Assembly (NCBI GenBank): GCA_046757025.1
Contig: JBHHXN010000039.1
Span: 1-35,733 of the forward strand
DNA from: a bacterium
GTDB lineage: Bacteria > Zhuqueibacterota > Zhuqueibacteria > Oceanimicrobiales > Oceanimicrobiaceae
Length of the DNA: 35,733 nucleotides
Direction: 5' to 3'
Under the pieces are notes generated by a model. It had not been told where the DNA came from. It was given only the letters and a program-made list of their open reading frames with translations, and made no database searches. This document shows, piece by piece, positions 7,339 through 16,573 of the stretch. The position numbers were made by a program, and so were the translations under genes. Numbering within the stretch: the stretch's first letter is position 1; each line of letters starts with the position of its first letter.

Positions 7339-10300
7339 ATGTTGCGTTTTCAGAAGGATGGTCTGGTGCTGGGAATCGACATCGGTTCCGTTTCAATTAG
7401 CTATGTTGTCATCGATCCAAAAAAACAAATCGTTCAAAGCGATTATGTCTTCCACCGCGGAAACGTCTTAACAGCCTTAAAAGAACTGCTTGCCGGCATC
7501 GATTTGAGGCACATCTCGCAAGTGGCTTATAATCACAAGGCCAGTGATTTTTTTGCCACAGGTGAAAGCGTCAATGAACAGGTGGCTTTAATCGAAGGCG
7601 TTTGCTTTCAGAAAAAAGACGTAGGCAGCGCTTTTGTAATCGGCGGGGAAAGCTTTGGTTTGTTTTTGTTTAATGAAAAAAATCAGTACCAAAAATACAT
7701 ATCCAATTCTTCCTGTGCAGCCGGCACCGGTGCCTTTCTGGATCAGCAGGCGGAACGGCTGGGTCTTGCGAATAGCTCCGTGCTCAGTCAATACGCAGAA
7801 GCTTATGCCGGCGAACCACCAAAAATTGCCACTCGCTGTGCCGTGTTTGCCAAAACCGATCTTGTGCACTGCCAGCAGCAGGGTTTTTCCATCGAAGCTA
7901 TATGTGCCGGCCTGTGTAAAGGTCTGGCGCACAACATCGCCGACACCCTGGTAAAAGGCGTCAGGCTGCAGATACCGGTGGTGGTGGTTGGCGGTGTCAG
8001 TAAAAATCGCAAGGTCATGCACTATCTATCGGAAATCATCGGCTGCGAAATCGAGATTCCTGACAAGGCGGTTTTGACAGGCGCACTGGGTTGCGCACTT
8101 TTCGCCTTAAATCATCGGGATGCACAAATTCAAACCACGCCATTCACCACGGAAAGCCTTTTAAATCAGCAGACACAAAAGAAACAATATTTTTTCCAAC
8201 CGCTTTCCACGCGCATGTCGAAAATGCCGGATTTTCACGACCATCCGTATTTTGTGTCAGAAAACGTGGAAATCGATCTCTATCATCTGCCCGCATCTCA
8301 CAGCAAAACGCCTGTGTATCTTGGAATCGACATCGGCTCCACCAGCACCAAAGCCGTTGTGATGGAAGCCTTTTCCGATACGCAAAATATCTTAATTGGC
8401 CTTTACACACGCACTCTGGGGCAGCCCATTCAAGCCACACAGCGTTTGCTGAAAGCACTGAAATCTCTCGAAAAGCCGCACAAGGTTCGATTTGAAGTGG
8501 TGGGTACAGGCACCACAGGTTCGGGAAGGAAATTCGTGCAAAAAGTGCTGAAAACCGATTTAGCGGTGGACGAAATTACCGCTCATGCGCGAGCAGCTTA
8601 CGCTTTAAATCCCGAAATCGATACCATCATCGAAATTGGCGGGCAGGATTCAAAATTCACGGTGATGCATCATGGCCAGGTAACTTTCTCAGTGATGAAC
8701 TATGTTTGTGCAGCAGGAACCGGCAGTTTTATCGAAGAGCAGGCTAAGCGGTTGCAGGTGCCGCTGGATGAATATGCCCGACGCGCCATGAATGCGCCTT
8801 CACCCCTCACCAGCGATCGCTGTACGGTGTTCATGGAACGCGATTTGAATCACTACCTGACGCAGGATTATTCCAAAAATGAACTGCTGGCCGCAGCCCT
8901 GCATTCGGTTCGGGACAATTATCTTTCGAAAGTGGCGCATCTGAACAAAATTGGCCAGGTTATTTGCTTTCAAGGAGCTACGGCGAAAAATCATGCCCTG
9001 GTATCGGCTTTCGAGCAAAAACTCAAGCGTCCTATTTTTGTGTCCAAATATTGCCACCTCACGGGCGCACTAGGGGTGTGTTTGATTTTGCATGAAAAAG
9101 GGATTTCCAGATCAAGCTTTCGCGGCATTGATTTTTATAAATCCACGCCCAGAGTCACAGAAGAGATTTGTGACGGATGCAAAAATGTCTGCAAACTGAA
9201 GCGCATCGAAATTGCAGGCGAAACCACCACCTGGGGCTTTTTATGCGGTCGGGATGAATTCGATAATAAGCCGAGATCCTTGAACAAATCCGGCTTTGAT
9301 CTGTTGAGTAACCGTCGAAAAATATTTAATCCCGCAAAACGGCCGGTCAGCCATCTCGCTGCGGAGTCCGATAAAAAACCCAAATCCTTATTTAGCGAGC
9401 TTCGGGATTTTGAGTTAGACATTTCATTGGAAAAATTAAAACAGAATTTAGAGCTCAATTTTTTGAATTTGCGGCACAAGATTTTTTCATTCAACCAGGA
9501 AGAGTTACAGGGGATAAATACCAAAAAGCCGTTTACGATTGCCATCCCCAATACCCTCTATCTGCACGAATACTTACCATTCTGGAAGATATTTTTTAGA
9601 AAATTGGGCTATAAAGTGGTGACTTCTGCGGCCAAGAGCGGCTTGCTTGAAAAAGGCAAAGAAATTTCCGGAGCTGAATTTTGCGCCCCCATCTCTTACT
9701 GGCACGGTCACGTGCACAGTCTCATTGAACGAGCTGATTATGTGTTTTTACCGCAAATGTTTGACGATGGGGAAGGCGCCGAAGCCAAATCGTACTGTTA
9801 TTACTCGACGTATGCGGTGGCGCTGGTGCAAAATATTCCATCACTAAACCTGCAAAAAAGGAGCCTCACACCAATTATTGATTTTTCAAAACCCGCGTTG
9901 CAAAACGTTCAACAAATTTACGAAAGTTTGCCAGACGAGCTCAAATTTCTGCAAACACCCACTGATCTATTAGAAGCCTTCAAACAGGCCCGGCACTGGT
10001 TCAGTGCACAAAAGAAACAGCTTGTAGAAATTTTTCTGCAACAAAAAAAACTGGCCAAAGCTATTTCGGTGGTATTTTTAGGCCGTCCTTATCTCGCCAT
10101 GGATTCCGGCATGAATCAACGCATCCCCAACAAGTTCCATGAATTAGGCATTTTAACCTTTTTTCAAGACATGCTGCCAACAATAGAAATCGCAAAAAAT
10201 TCCCCGGCACAAAAATTCCTGAAATGGAATCACTGGAAATTTGGTGAGCAAATTTTACAGGCCGCGGAGTATGTTGGTCAAACAGAGGGGTTGTATCCGG

Positions 10301-11739
10301 TTTATTTGACCGCATTTAAATGTTCACCCGATTCCTTTTTGCTGACCTACTTCAAAGAGATCATGGATGGCCATCAGAAGCCTTACCTGATTTTACAGTT
10401 GGATGAGCACGGCTCAGACGTAGGGTACGGCACTCGGGTGGAAGCAGCCGTAGAGGCGTTTCGAAATCACCAAACGAACCGCCGCAGGTCTAAGACATGC
10501 GAGGCTGTCACCACATCTTTGTTAACAGAACCCAGCAAAAAAAGCCACATCCTCATCCCCAACTACGACGCATTGAGCTGCAGCTTGATCTGCGCTGCAT
10601 TTGAGCGTGCGGGCTACCAGCCGCTTCTCATCGAGGAAACGCCGACCACGGTTTTGTCTAGCCTGCGGTTAAACGACGGTCAATGCCTGCCGCTCAGCTC
10701 CATTGTGCAGGGGGCTGTGGAAACCATCCACAAACACAATCTGCATCCCGAAGAAACCGCGCTTTTTTTGGCCACGTTGACTCGTTTAGCGTGCAATTTA
10801 CCGCAATATCCTTTGATGGCTAAAAAAATGCTCGAGCAGACTGGCGCCGGTTTTGAAAAGGTCCAGGTCATTGCCGCCGATTTCGACCTGAGCGATTTTC
10901 CCGTGGAAGTGATTTATGATGTGTATTGCAGCTACCTGCTGGGTGGTTTGATCAGACGAATAGGCTGCAAAATCCGCCTACACGAATTGGTAACTGGACA
11001 AACGAACCAGGTGATCGAAGAAGCGCGCGAGCGGCTTTATAGTTGTATTGCAAACGGCGAATCCAAAGAATCTGTGTTTAAAAATATCGTGTCACAATTT
11101 CAACAGATTCCGGCTGCTAACTCCTACGAATCGCGGCCGAAAGTGGGCATCATCGGCGATCTTTATGTCCGTGATAATGACGTCTTCAATCAGAAATTGA
11201 TCTATGAGTTGGAAAATTTCGGCGCCGAAGTAGTCACGGTGCCATACAATTTTATTTTGCGAATGTTAGCAATTAAGCATACTCACAGTCTTTGGCAGGA
11301 TGGTCGATATTTATTGCTGCTGCGGGATAAACTGCTTCTGGAAGTTTTCGAAAAATTTGAAAAACGGCTTTTTCAAATTGCCAATGTTATCCTTCGGGAG
11401 TCGTTTCCAAAATATGACGATTCGCTGTTCGATTGTTTGAAAAAACACGGACTGTCGATCAAGCACGGTGGTGAAACGGCTCAGAATTTGATCAAAATTT
11501 ACAGCATGCTCGAACACTATCCCGATTTAAAACTATTCATACATGTCAATCCCATTTTTTGCTGTCCCGGACTGGTGAGCGAATCGCTGTTCAAAGCGGT
11601 TGAATCGGAAATCGGTATTCCCATCGTGTCCCTCGTCTATGATGGCACCTCGGCCAACCGCAATGAAGTCCTGGCCCCGTATTTGCATTTCATATCGCAA
11701 GCACTGACCCTGCCGGAGGATGTTCCCGGGGGCGTTTAG
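7339..11739 (+). CDS. Fused CoA-substrate enzyme activase (two ASKHA BcrAD/BadFG modules plus DUF2229/dehydratase-like regions)
   Basis: GIDIGS twice, CAAGTG(A/S)F twice, RCAVF/RCTVF, IGGQDSK; C-terminal EFCAP, FKCSPD, LQLDEH, GQCLP, IFCCPG; AGGAGG RBS. Confidence 0.88.
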   Translation: MLRFQKDGLVLGIDIGSVSISYVVIDPKKQIVQSDYVFHRGNVLTALKELLAGIDLRHISQVAYNHKASDFFATGESVNEQVALIEGVCFQKKDVGSAFVIGGESFGLFLFNEKNQYQKYISNSSCAAGTGAFLDQQAERLGLANSSVLSQYAEAYAGEPPKIATRCAVFAKTDLVHCQQQGFSIEAICAGLCKGLAHNIADTLVKGVRLQIPVVVVGGVSKNRKVMHYLSEIIGCEIEIPDKAVLTGALGCALFALNHRDAQIQTTPFTTESLLNQQTQKKQYFFQPLSTRMSKMPDFHDHPYFVSENVEIDLYHLPASHSKTPVYLGIDIGSTSTKAVVMEAFSDTQNILIGLYTRTLGQPIQATQRLLKALKSLEKPHKVRFEVVGTGTTGSGRKFVQKVLKTDLAVDEITAHARAAYALNPEIDTIIEIGGQDSKFTVMHHGQVTFSVMNYVCAAGTGSFIEEQAKRLQVPLDEYARRAMNAPSPLTSDRCTVFMERDLNHYLTQDYSKNELLAAALHSVRDNYLSKVAHLNKIGQVICFQGATAKNHALVSAFEQKLKRPIFVSKYCHLTGALGVCLILHEKGISRSSFRGIDFYKSTPRVTEEICDGCKNVCKLKRIEIAGETTTWGFLCGRDEFDNKPRSLNKSGFDLLSNRRKIFNPAKRPVSHLAAESDKKPKSLFSELRDFELDISLEKLKQNLELNFLNLRHKIFSFNQEELQGINTKKPFTIAIPNTLYLHEYLPFWKIFFRKLGYKVVTSAAKSGLLEKGKEISGAEFCAPISYWHGHVHSLIERADYVFLPQMFDDGEGAEAKSYCYYSTYAVALVQNIPSLNLQKRSLTPIIDFSKPALQNVQQIYESLPDELKFLQTPTDLLEAFKQARHWFSAQKKQLVEIFLQQKKLAKAISVVFLGRPYLAMDSGMNQRIPNKFHELGILTFFQDMLPTIEIAKNSPAQKFLKWNHWKFGEQILQAAEYVGQTEGLYPVYLTAFKCSPDSFLLTYFKEIMDGHQKPYLILQLDEHGSDVGYGTRVEAAVEAFRNHQTNRRRSKTCEAVTTSLLTEPSKKSHILIPNYDALSCSLICAAFERAGYQPLLIEETPTTVLSSLRLNDGQCLPLSSIVQGAVETIHKHNLHPEETALFLATLTRLACNLPQYPLMAKKMLEQTGAGFEKVQVIAADFDLSDFPVEVIYDVYCSYLLGGLIRRIGCKIRLHELVTGQTNQVIEEARERLYSCIANGESKESVFKNIVSQFQQIPAANSYESRPKVGIIGDLYVRDNDVFNQKLIYELENFGAEVVTVPYNFILRMLAIKHTHSLWQDGRYLLLLRDKLLLEVFEKFEKRLFQIANVILRESFPKYDDSLFDCLKKHGLSIKHGGETAQNLIKIYSMLEHYPDLKLFIHVNPIFCCPGLVSESLFKAVESEIGIPIVSLVYDGTSANRNEVLAPYLHFISQALTLPEDVPGGV

Positions 11740-11803
11740 TGCCGCTCGTTTCGACCTCGGTGGTGGTAGGATGTTTAGGCTACAGCCTGAGGCAACCTGA
11801 AAA

Positions 11804-11878
11804 GGCAGTGTGAAAAGTCAAACCCAGGGATTCTTGTTTTTCAGATTAGATCCGTCTCATGCTGCTTTTCACACAGGC
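11804..11878. repeat. Short inverted-repeat element (IS-end/MITE-like)
   Basis: GGCAGTGTGAAAAG (11804-11817) / CTTTTCACACAGGC (11865-11878); 13-mer GTGTGAAAAGTCA also at 4889-4901 and 4998-5010. Confidence 0.45.
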
Positions 11879-12033
11879 TCGAACGGTTGCACATCCTATT
11901 TTGCAGAACGCTAAGTTCTGAAGTGAAATTGGCGGATATCATTAAAAACATTTCACAATTAACGACCTCGTTTGTCCAAAACCGCACCTCCGATGAATGG
12001 CCCAGCAAACAGTTAATTAATTGAAAATACTGC

Positions 12034-12062
12034 TTGAAATTTATTAAAATTTTGCCTATACT
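12034..12062 (+). promoter_or_regulatory. Sigma70-type promoter of the 12.1-25 kb operon
   Basis: TTGAAA (12034-12039), 17 nt, TATACT (12057-12062); GAGG RBS before ATG12111. Confidence 0.6.
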
Positions 12063-12110
12063 CAGACAATTAAAATCGCTTTCTCTACGCACTGAAAATA
12101 GAGGTACCCC

Positions 12111-13385
12111 ATGGGAATGACCTTAACAGAAAAAATATTGGCCAACCGTGCCGGCGTGTCGAGTGTGAAGCCCGGCGATTTAGTTTTTGCTAAGATCGAC
12201 ATCGCCATGGCCACGGATATTTCTTCGCCATTGACGATAAAAGTGTTCAAGGAAATGGGTGGTGAAAAACTGTTTGACGCGGACAAAGTGCCCTTGGTGC
12301 ATGATCATCTGGTGCCGGCCAAAGATATCAAATCGGCTGAATTTTCAAAAATGATGCGCACCTTTGCGCGCGAGCAAAATGCCAAATATTACTACGAAGT
12401 AGGCCGCTCGGGCATTTCACATCAGCTGCTGCCGGAGCAGGGGTTGATACATCCTGGCGACGTGGTGTTAGGCGCAGACTCGCACAGCACTACTTACGGC
12501 GCGCTGGGGTGCTTTGCTTCGGGAGTTGGCAGCACGGACATGGCCGCTGCCTGGGTTTTGGGCGAAACCTGGTTCCGGATTCCCGAGTCCATTAAAATTA
12601 CGTTTACGGGAAAACTCCCCGAGTGGGTTTCGGGCAAAGACATGATGCTGCTGGTTTGCCGTGATTTGGGCATCGAAGGGGGGACCTACAAAGCGCTTGA
12701 ATTCGGTGGGCCGACCATAGAAAATCTGTCCATGTACGACCGATTGGTGTTCGCCAACATGACCATCGAATGCGGCGGTAAAAATGGGGTGGTTAAAGCC
12801 GATGACGTGACCCGTGACTATTTAAGAGACCGCGCAAAAAAACCAGAGGAAGAATGGATGTTCTTCGAGCCGGATGCGGATGCACAATATTGCCAGCACC
12901 TCAAATACGATGTGAGCGATTTGCAACCCATGGTGGCCCAGCCCAATCTGCCGGGAAACGTGGTGCCCGTGGCCGATGCCGATTCAGTAGCGGTGGATCA
13001 GGTGTATATCGGCTCGTGCACTAACGGTAAAATCGAAGACTTGCGCATTGCGGCTCAGATTCTGAAAGGTAAGAAAGTGCACGACCGCTTGCGCATGGTC
13101 GTTGTGCCCGCCACAGAGAGTATTTATCTGCAAATGATAAAAGAAGGTCTGGCTGAGATTTTTCATGAAGCAGGTGCTTCCATCGGACCGCCGACCTGCG
13201 GCGCCTGTTTTGGCGCTCACATGGGCGTGCTGGCGGAAAATGAAGTGGGGGTTTTCACCACCAATCGCAATTTTGTGGGTAGAAATGGTCATACGTCGGC
13301 AAAGGTTTATTTGGCCAGCCCCGCGGTCGCTGCAGCAACCGCCATTAGAGGTACAATTACCGATCCTCGCGAAATTATGAGTTAA
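12111..13385 (+). CDS. Homoaconitase / 3-isopropylmalate dehydratase family large subunit (LeuC type 2/HacA)
   Basis: TLTEKIL, DHLVP, GADSHSTTYGA, IGSCTNG, CGACFG ([4Fe-4S] Cys), TNRNFVGRNG, YLASP. Confidence 0.92.
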   Translation: MGMTLTEKILANRAGVSSVKPGDLVFAKIDIAMATDISSPLTIKVFKEMGGEKLFDADKVPLVHDHLVPAKDIKSAEFSKMMRTFAREQNAKYYYEVGRSGISHQLLPEQGLIHPGDVVLGADSHSTTYGALGCFASGVGSTDMAAAWVLGETWFRIPESIKITFTGKLPEWVSGKDMMLLVCRDLGIEGGTYKALEFGGPTIENLSMYDRLVFANMTIECGGKNGVVKADDVTRDYLRDRAKKPEEEWMFFEPDADAQYCQHLKYDVSDLQPMVAQPNLPGNVVPVADADSVAVDQVYIGSCTNGKIEDLRIAAQILKGKKVHDRLRMVVVPATESIYLQMIKEGLAEIFHEAGASIGPPTCGACFGAHMGVLAENEVGVFTTNRNFVGRNGHTSAKVYLASPAVAAATAIRGTITDPREIMS

Positions 13386-13470
13386 AGACAACGAATATAC
13401 AGGCGCAAAATACCATCGAAAGCGATTCATTCAATGCAATTGAAATTTCTTAAGAAAGGGTAGATTTTTT

Positions 13471-14451
13471 TTGAAAACGCGGCCTGATTTTTATGATGTC
13501 GTTATCATAGGCGCCGGACCAGCGGGTCTCGCCTGTGCAATAGAGTCAAAAAAGCATAATTTAACTCACCTGATCATCGAAAAAGGTTGTCTGGTCAACT
13601 CTGTTTATCGTTTTCCCACCAACATGACCTTATTTTCAACTGCCGATTTGCTGGAAATAGGCGGCGTTCCTTTCATCATTCCCGGCGACAAACCCACACG
13701 GACTGATTTATTGAAATACTATCGGCTGGTGGTGCAACACTTTGACTTACCGGTTAATCTGTTCGAAAAAGTGGAATCTGTTACTGGCAAACAAGGCGAC
13801 TTTCTGCTCCAAACATCACGCCATGCCGCTTATGGAGCTAAAAGTGTCGTGGTTGCGACCGGACAGTATGACCACCCAAATTTGCTGCAGATAAGTGGAG
13901 AAGATTCAGAGAAAGTCAGCCATTACTACACCGATGGACACCCGTTTTATAAGAAGAAGGTAGCCGTGATTGGCGGTAAAAATTCGGCCGTGGAAGCGGC
14001 GCTGGCTCTGTACAAACACGGCGCGCAAGTCACGCTCATTCATCGTGGAAGCGATTTTGGCGCCTCCGTCAAATATTGGATTTTGCCCGATATAAAAAAT
14101 CGCGTTAAAGAACAGAAAATAAACGCGCTGTTCAATTCCGTTGTGACCGAAATAAATCGTGACCACATCGTGGTTGCAAATGGGAAGACGGCTTCGCAAA
14201 AAATCGAGAATGATTTTGTTTTTGCTTTGACCGGCTATCATCCCGATGAAGCGTTTCTAAGCGATTTGGGCATTGAAATCGATGACTGCAGTACACCGGT
14301 TCACGATCCCAAAACGCTGGAAACCAACGTTTCCGGCATTTACATCGCCGGCGTAATCACGGCAGGCGCAGAAAGCAGCAAAGTGTTCATTGAAAATTCA
14401 CGCAATCATGGAACCCAAATTATAGGACATATACTGAATGGCACAAAATAG
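13471..14451 (+). CDS. ypdA: YpdA-family bacillithiol disulfide reductase-like flavoprotein
   Basis: GAGPAG, EKGCLVNSVYRFPTNMTLFST, KPTR..LKYYR, GGKNSA, FIENSRNHG; no CxxC; TTG start. Confidence 0.85.
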   Translation: MKTRPDFYDVVIIGAGPAGLACAIESKKHNLTHLIIEKGCLVNSVYRFPTNMTLFSTADLLEIGGVPFIIPGDKPTRTDLLKYYRLVVQHFDLPVNLFEKVESVTGKQGDFLLQTSRHAAYGAKSVVVATGQYDHPNLLQISGEDSEKVSHYYTDGHPFYKKKVAVIGGKNSAVEAALALYKHGAQVTLIHRGSDFGASVKYWILPDIKNRVKEQKINALFNSVVTEINRDHIVVANGKTASQKIENDFVFALTGYHPDEAFLSDLGIEIDDCSTPVHDPKTLETNVSGIYIAGVITAGAESSKVFIENSRNHGTQIIGHILNGTK

Positions 14452-15844
14452 TGAAAGTCTTGATCTAGCGGTCATTGGCGGTGGGCCGGGCGGTTATGTG
14501 GCTGCCATCCGAGCAGCGCAACTGGGTATGAAGTCCGCGGTCATTGAAAAAGAAAGGGTGGGCGGCCTCTGTTTAAATTGGGGCTGCATTCCCAGTAAAG
14601 CCCTTCTGCGCAGCGCTGAAATCTACCGTTTGCTGCAAAACGCCGACAAGTTTGGCTTGCGCGCTGAAAATATCCAATTTGATACGAAAAAAATCATCAA
14701 ACGCAGCCGGGTGGCAGCGGAAAAGTTGAGCAAAGGCGTGGAGTTTCTGTTAAAGAAAAACAAAGTGCAGCACATAACGGGTACGGGACGCATCGTAAAA
14801 AAAGGCCAAATTGAGATTTTGACTGACGATAAATCTTCCCGCACCATTCAGGCGAAAAACATTGTCATTGCTACCGGCGGTTACACGCTCTCCCTGCCCG
14901 GTGTGGAAATCGACAAAAAGAAAGTCATTTCCAGTCGGGAAGCGCTGGTTTTAGAGGAATTGCCCAAATCGCTCACCATCATCGGCGGCGGACCAATCGG
15001 GGTGGAGTTCGCTTATTTTTACAACGCATTTGGCGTCAAGTGCACTATCGTGGAAATGATGCCGCACATTTTGCCTTTCGAAGATGCGGAAATTGTGGAC
15101 ATCCTGCAGAAGTCCTATAAAAAAAGCGGTATCGAAATTTTAACGGAAACCAAAGTGGAAAGCGTCCAAACCTCCGCCAAAGGGGTCGTGGTGAAAATAG
15201 CTGACAAAAAAGGTGGTAGCAAGGAAATTAATTGCGACCTGGCTTTGATGGCCGTGGGTTTTCGAGGATTTGTGGAAGGCCTGGGGTTGGAGAATTTGGG
15301 CGTTGAAATCGAAAAAGGGTTTGTCAAAGTCGATGACAAGTTCCAAACAAATGTGGCAGGCGTTTTTGCGGTTGGCGATGTGAACGGTCCACCGCTTCTG
15401 GCACACGTGGCTTCCGCTGAAGCGATTTATATGGTTGAATCGTTGGCCGGGTTAGCGCCGCAAGTGGTGGATTATTCCAATTTCCCGAGCTGTACTTACT
15501 GCCAACCACAGGTGGCCAGCGTGGGCCTGACCGAAGAGAAAGCCCGTGAAAAAGGCCATGCTGTCAAAGTAGGACGGTTTCCGTTTCGCGCCAATGGCAA
15601 ATCCATCGCAGTTGGCGAAACCGACGGCCTGGTCAAGCTGATATTTGAAGAAAAGTACGGCGAGCTGCTGGGGGCGCACATCATCGGTACGGAAGCCACC
15701 GACATGATCGCGGAACTGGGAGTGGCGAAAACCCTGGAAACCACCCATGAAGAAATTTTAAAAACCATACATGCGCATCCGACTCTGTCCGAAGCCGTCA
15801 TGGAAGCGGCCGGGGAAGCGTATGGTGAGGCAATACACATCTGA
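14438..15844 (+). CDS. lpdA: Dihydrolipoyl dehydrogenase (E3)
   Basis: GGGPGGYVAAIRAAQLG, CLNWGCIPSK redox disulfide, HAHPTLSE. Confidence 0.96.
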   Translation: MAQNSESLDLAVIGGGPGGYVAAIRAAQLGMKSAVIEKERVGGLCLNWGCIPSKALLRSAEIYRLLQNADKFGLRAENIQFDTKKIIKRSRVAAEKLSKGVEFLLKKNKVQHITGTGRIVKKGQIEILTDDKSSRTIQAKNIVIATGGYTLSLPGVEIDKKKVISSREALVLEELPKSLTIIGGGPIGVEFAYFYNAFGVKCTIVEMMPHILPFEDAEIVDILQKSYKKSGIEILTETKVESVQTSAKGVVVKIADKKGGSKEINCDLALMAVGFRGFVEGLGLENLGVEIEKGFVKVDDKFQTNVAGVFAVGDVNGPPLLAHVASAEAIYMVESLAGLAPQVVDYSNFPSCTYCQPQVASVGLTEEKAREKGHAVKVGRFPFRANGKSIAVGETDGLVKLIFEEKYGELLGAHIIGTEATDMIAELGVAKTLETTHEEILKTIHAHPTLSEAVMEAAGEAYGEAIHI

Positions 15845-16548
15845 TGACGAATCAAGGCAGGCTGGTAAAAACCGGTCGAATTGAATATAAAAAAGCCTGG
15901 GATTTACAAACCCGACTGCATCAAGCGCGACTGGAAGGGCGAGTGGAGGATTTGCTGATCCTAACGGAGCATCCACACACTTACACCATCGGCAAGGCAG
16001 GCGGCGAGAATCACTTGCTGACGGATGAGACAGCTCTGCACGCGCAGGGCATTTCCGTGTTTCGCATCGACCGCGGTGGTGATATCACTTATCACGGTCC
16101 CGGTCAACTGGTCGGGTATCCTATTTTAGATTTGCACAAATACTACCTGGATCTGCACCGTTTTTTAAGAGATATCGAGGAAGTCCTCATTCAAACTTTG
16201 AGCGAATACGACATTGCGGCGGGACGTGTAAAAGGCTTGACCGGTGTCTGGGTGGACGGCGCTAAAATTGCAGCCATTGGAGTGAAGGTCAGCCGCTGGA
16301 TCACCATGCACGGATTTGCATTGAATGCCCATACGGATTTATCGTATTTTGGCCACATTGTGCCCTGCGGCATTGTGGACAAACCGGTGACTTCCATGAA
16401 AAAATTGCTGGGCAGCCCAATCGATATGATGGAATTGCAAAATCGTATTGCCAGCAAATTTGTGCAGATATTCGAAATCGATTTTCAAACAACTGACATA
16501 AACGATCTTTTTGACGAAAATCTCAAATTAACAGAGACATGTACTTAA
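15844..16548 (+). CDS. lipB: Lipoyl(octanoyl) transferase
   Basis: EHPHTYTIG, DRGGDITYHGPGQLVGYP, KIAAIG, HGFALN, IVPCG. Confidence 0.95.
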   Translation: MTNQGRLVKTGRIEYKKAWDLQTRLHQARLEGRVEDLLILTEHPHTYTIGKAGGENHLLTDETALHAQGISVFRIDRGGDITYHGPGQLVGYPILDLHKYYLDLHRFLRDIEEVLIQTLSEYDIAAGRVKGLTGVWVDGAKIAAIGVKVSRWITMHGFALNAHTDLSYFGHIVPCGIVDKPVTSMKKLLGSPIDMMELQNRIASKFVQIFEIDFQTTDINDLFDENLKLTETCT

Positions 16549-16573
16549 TGGTAATTTAACTAAGGAAGAACCG

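Noticed and set aside
13462..13476. T-run before ypdA as a frameshift or phase-variation site
   Set aside because: Lies at the start codon boundary and no upstream frame needs joining
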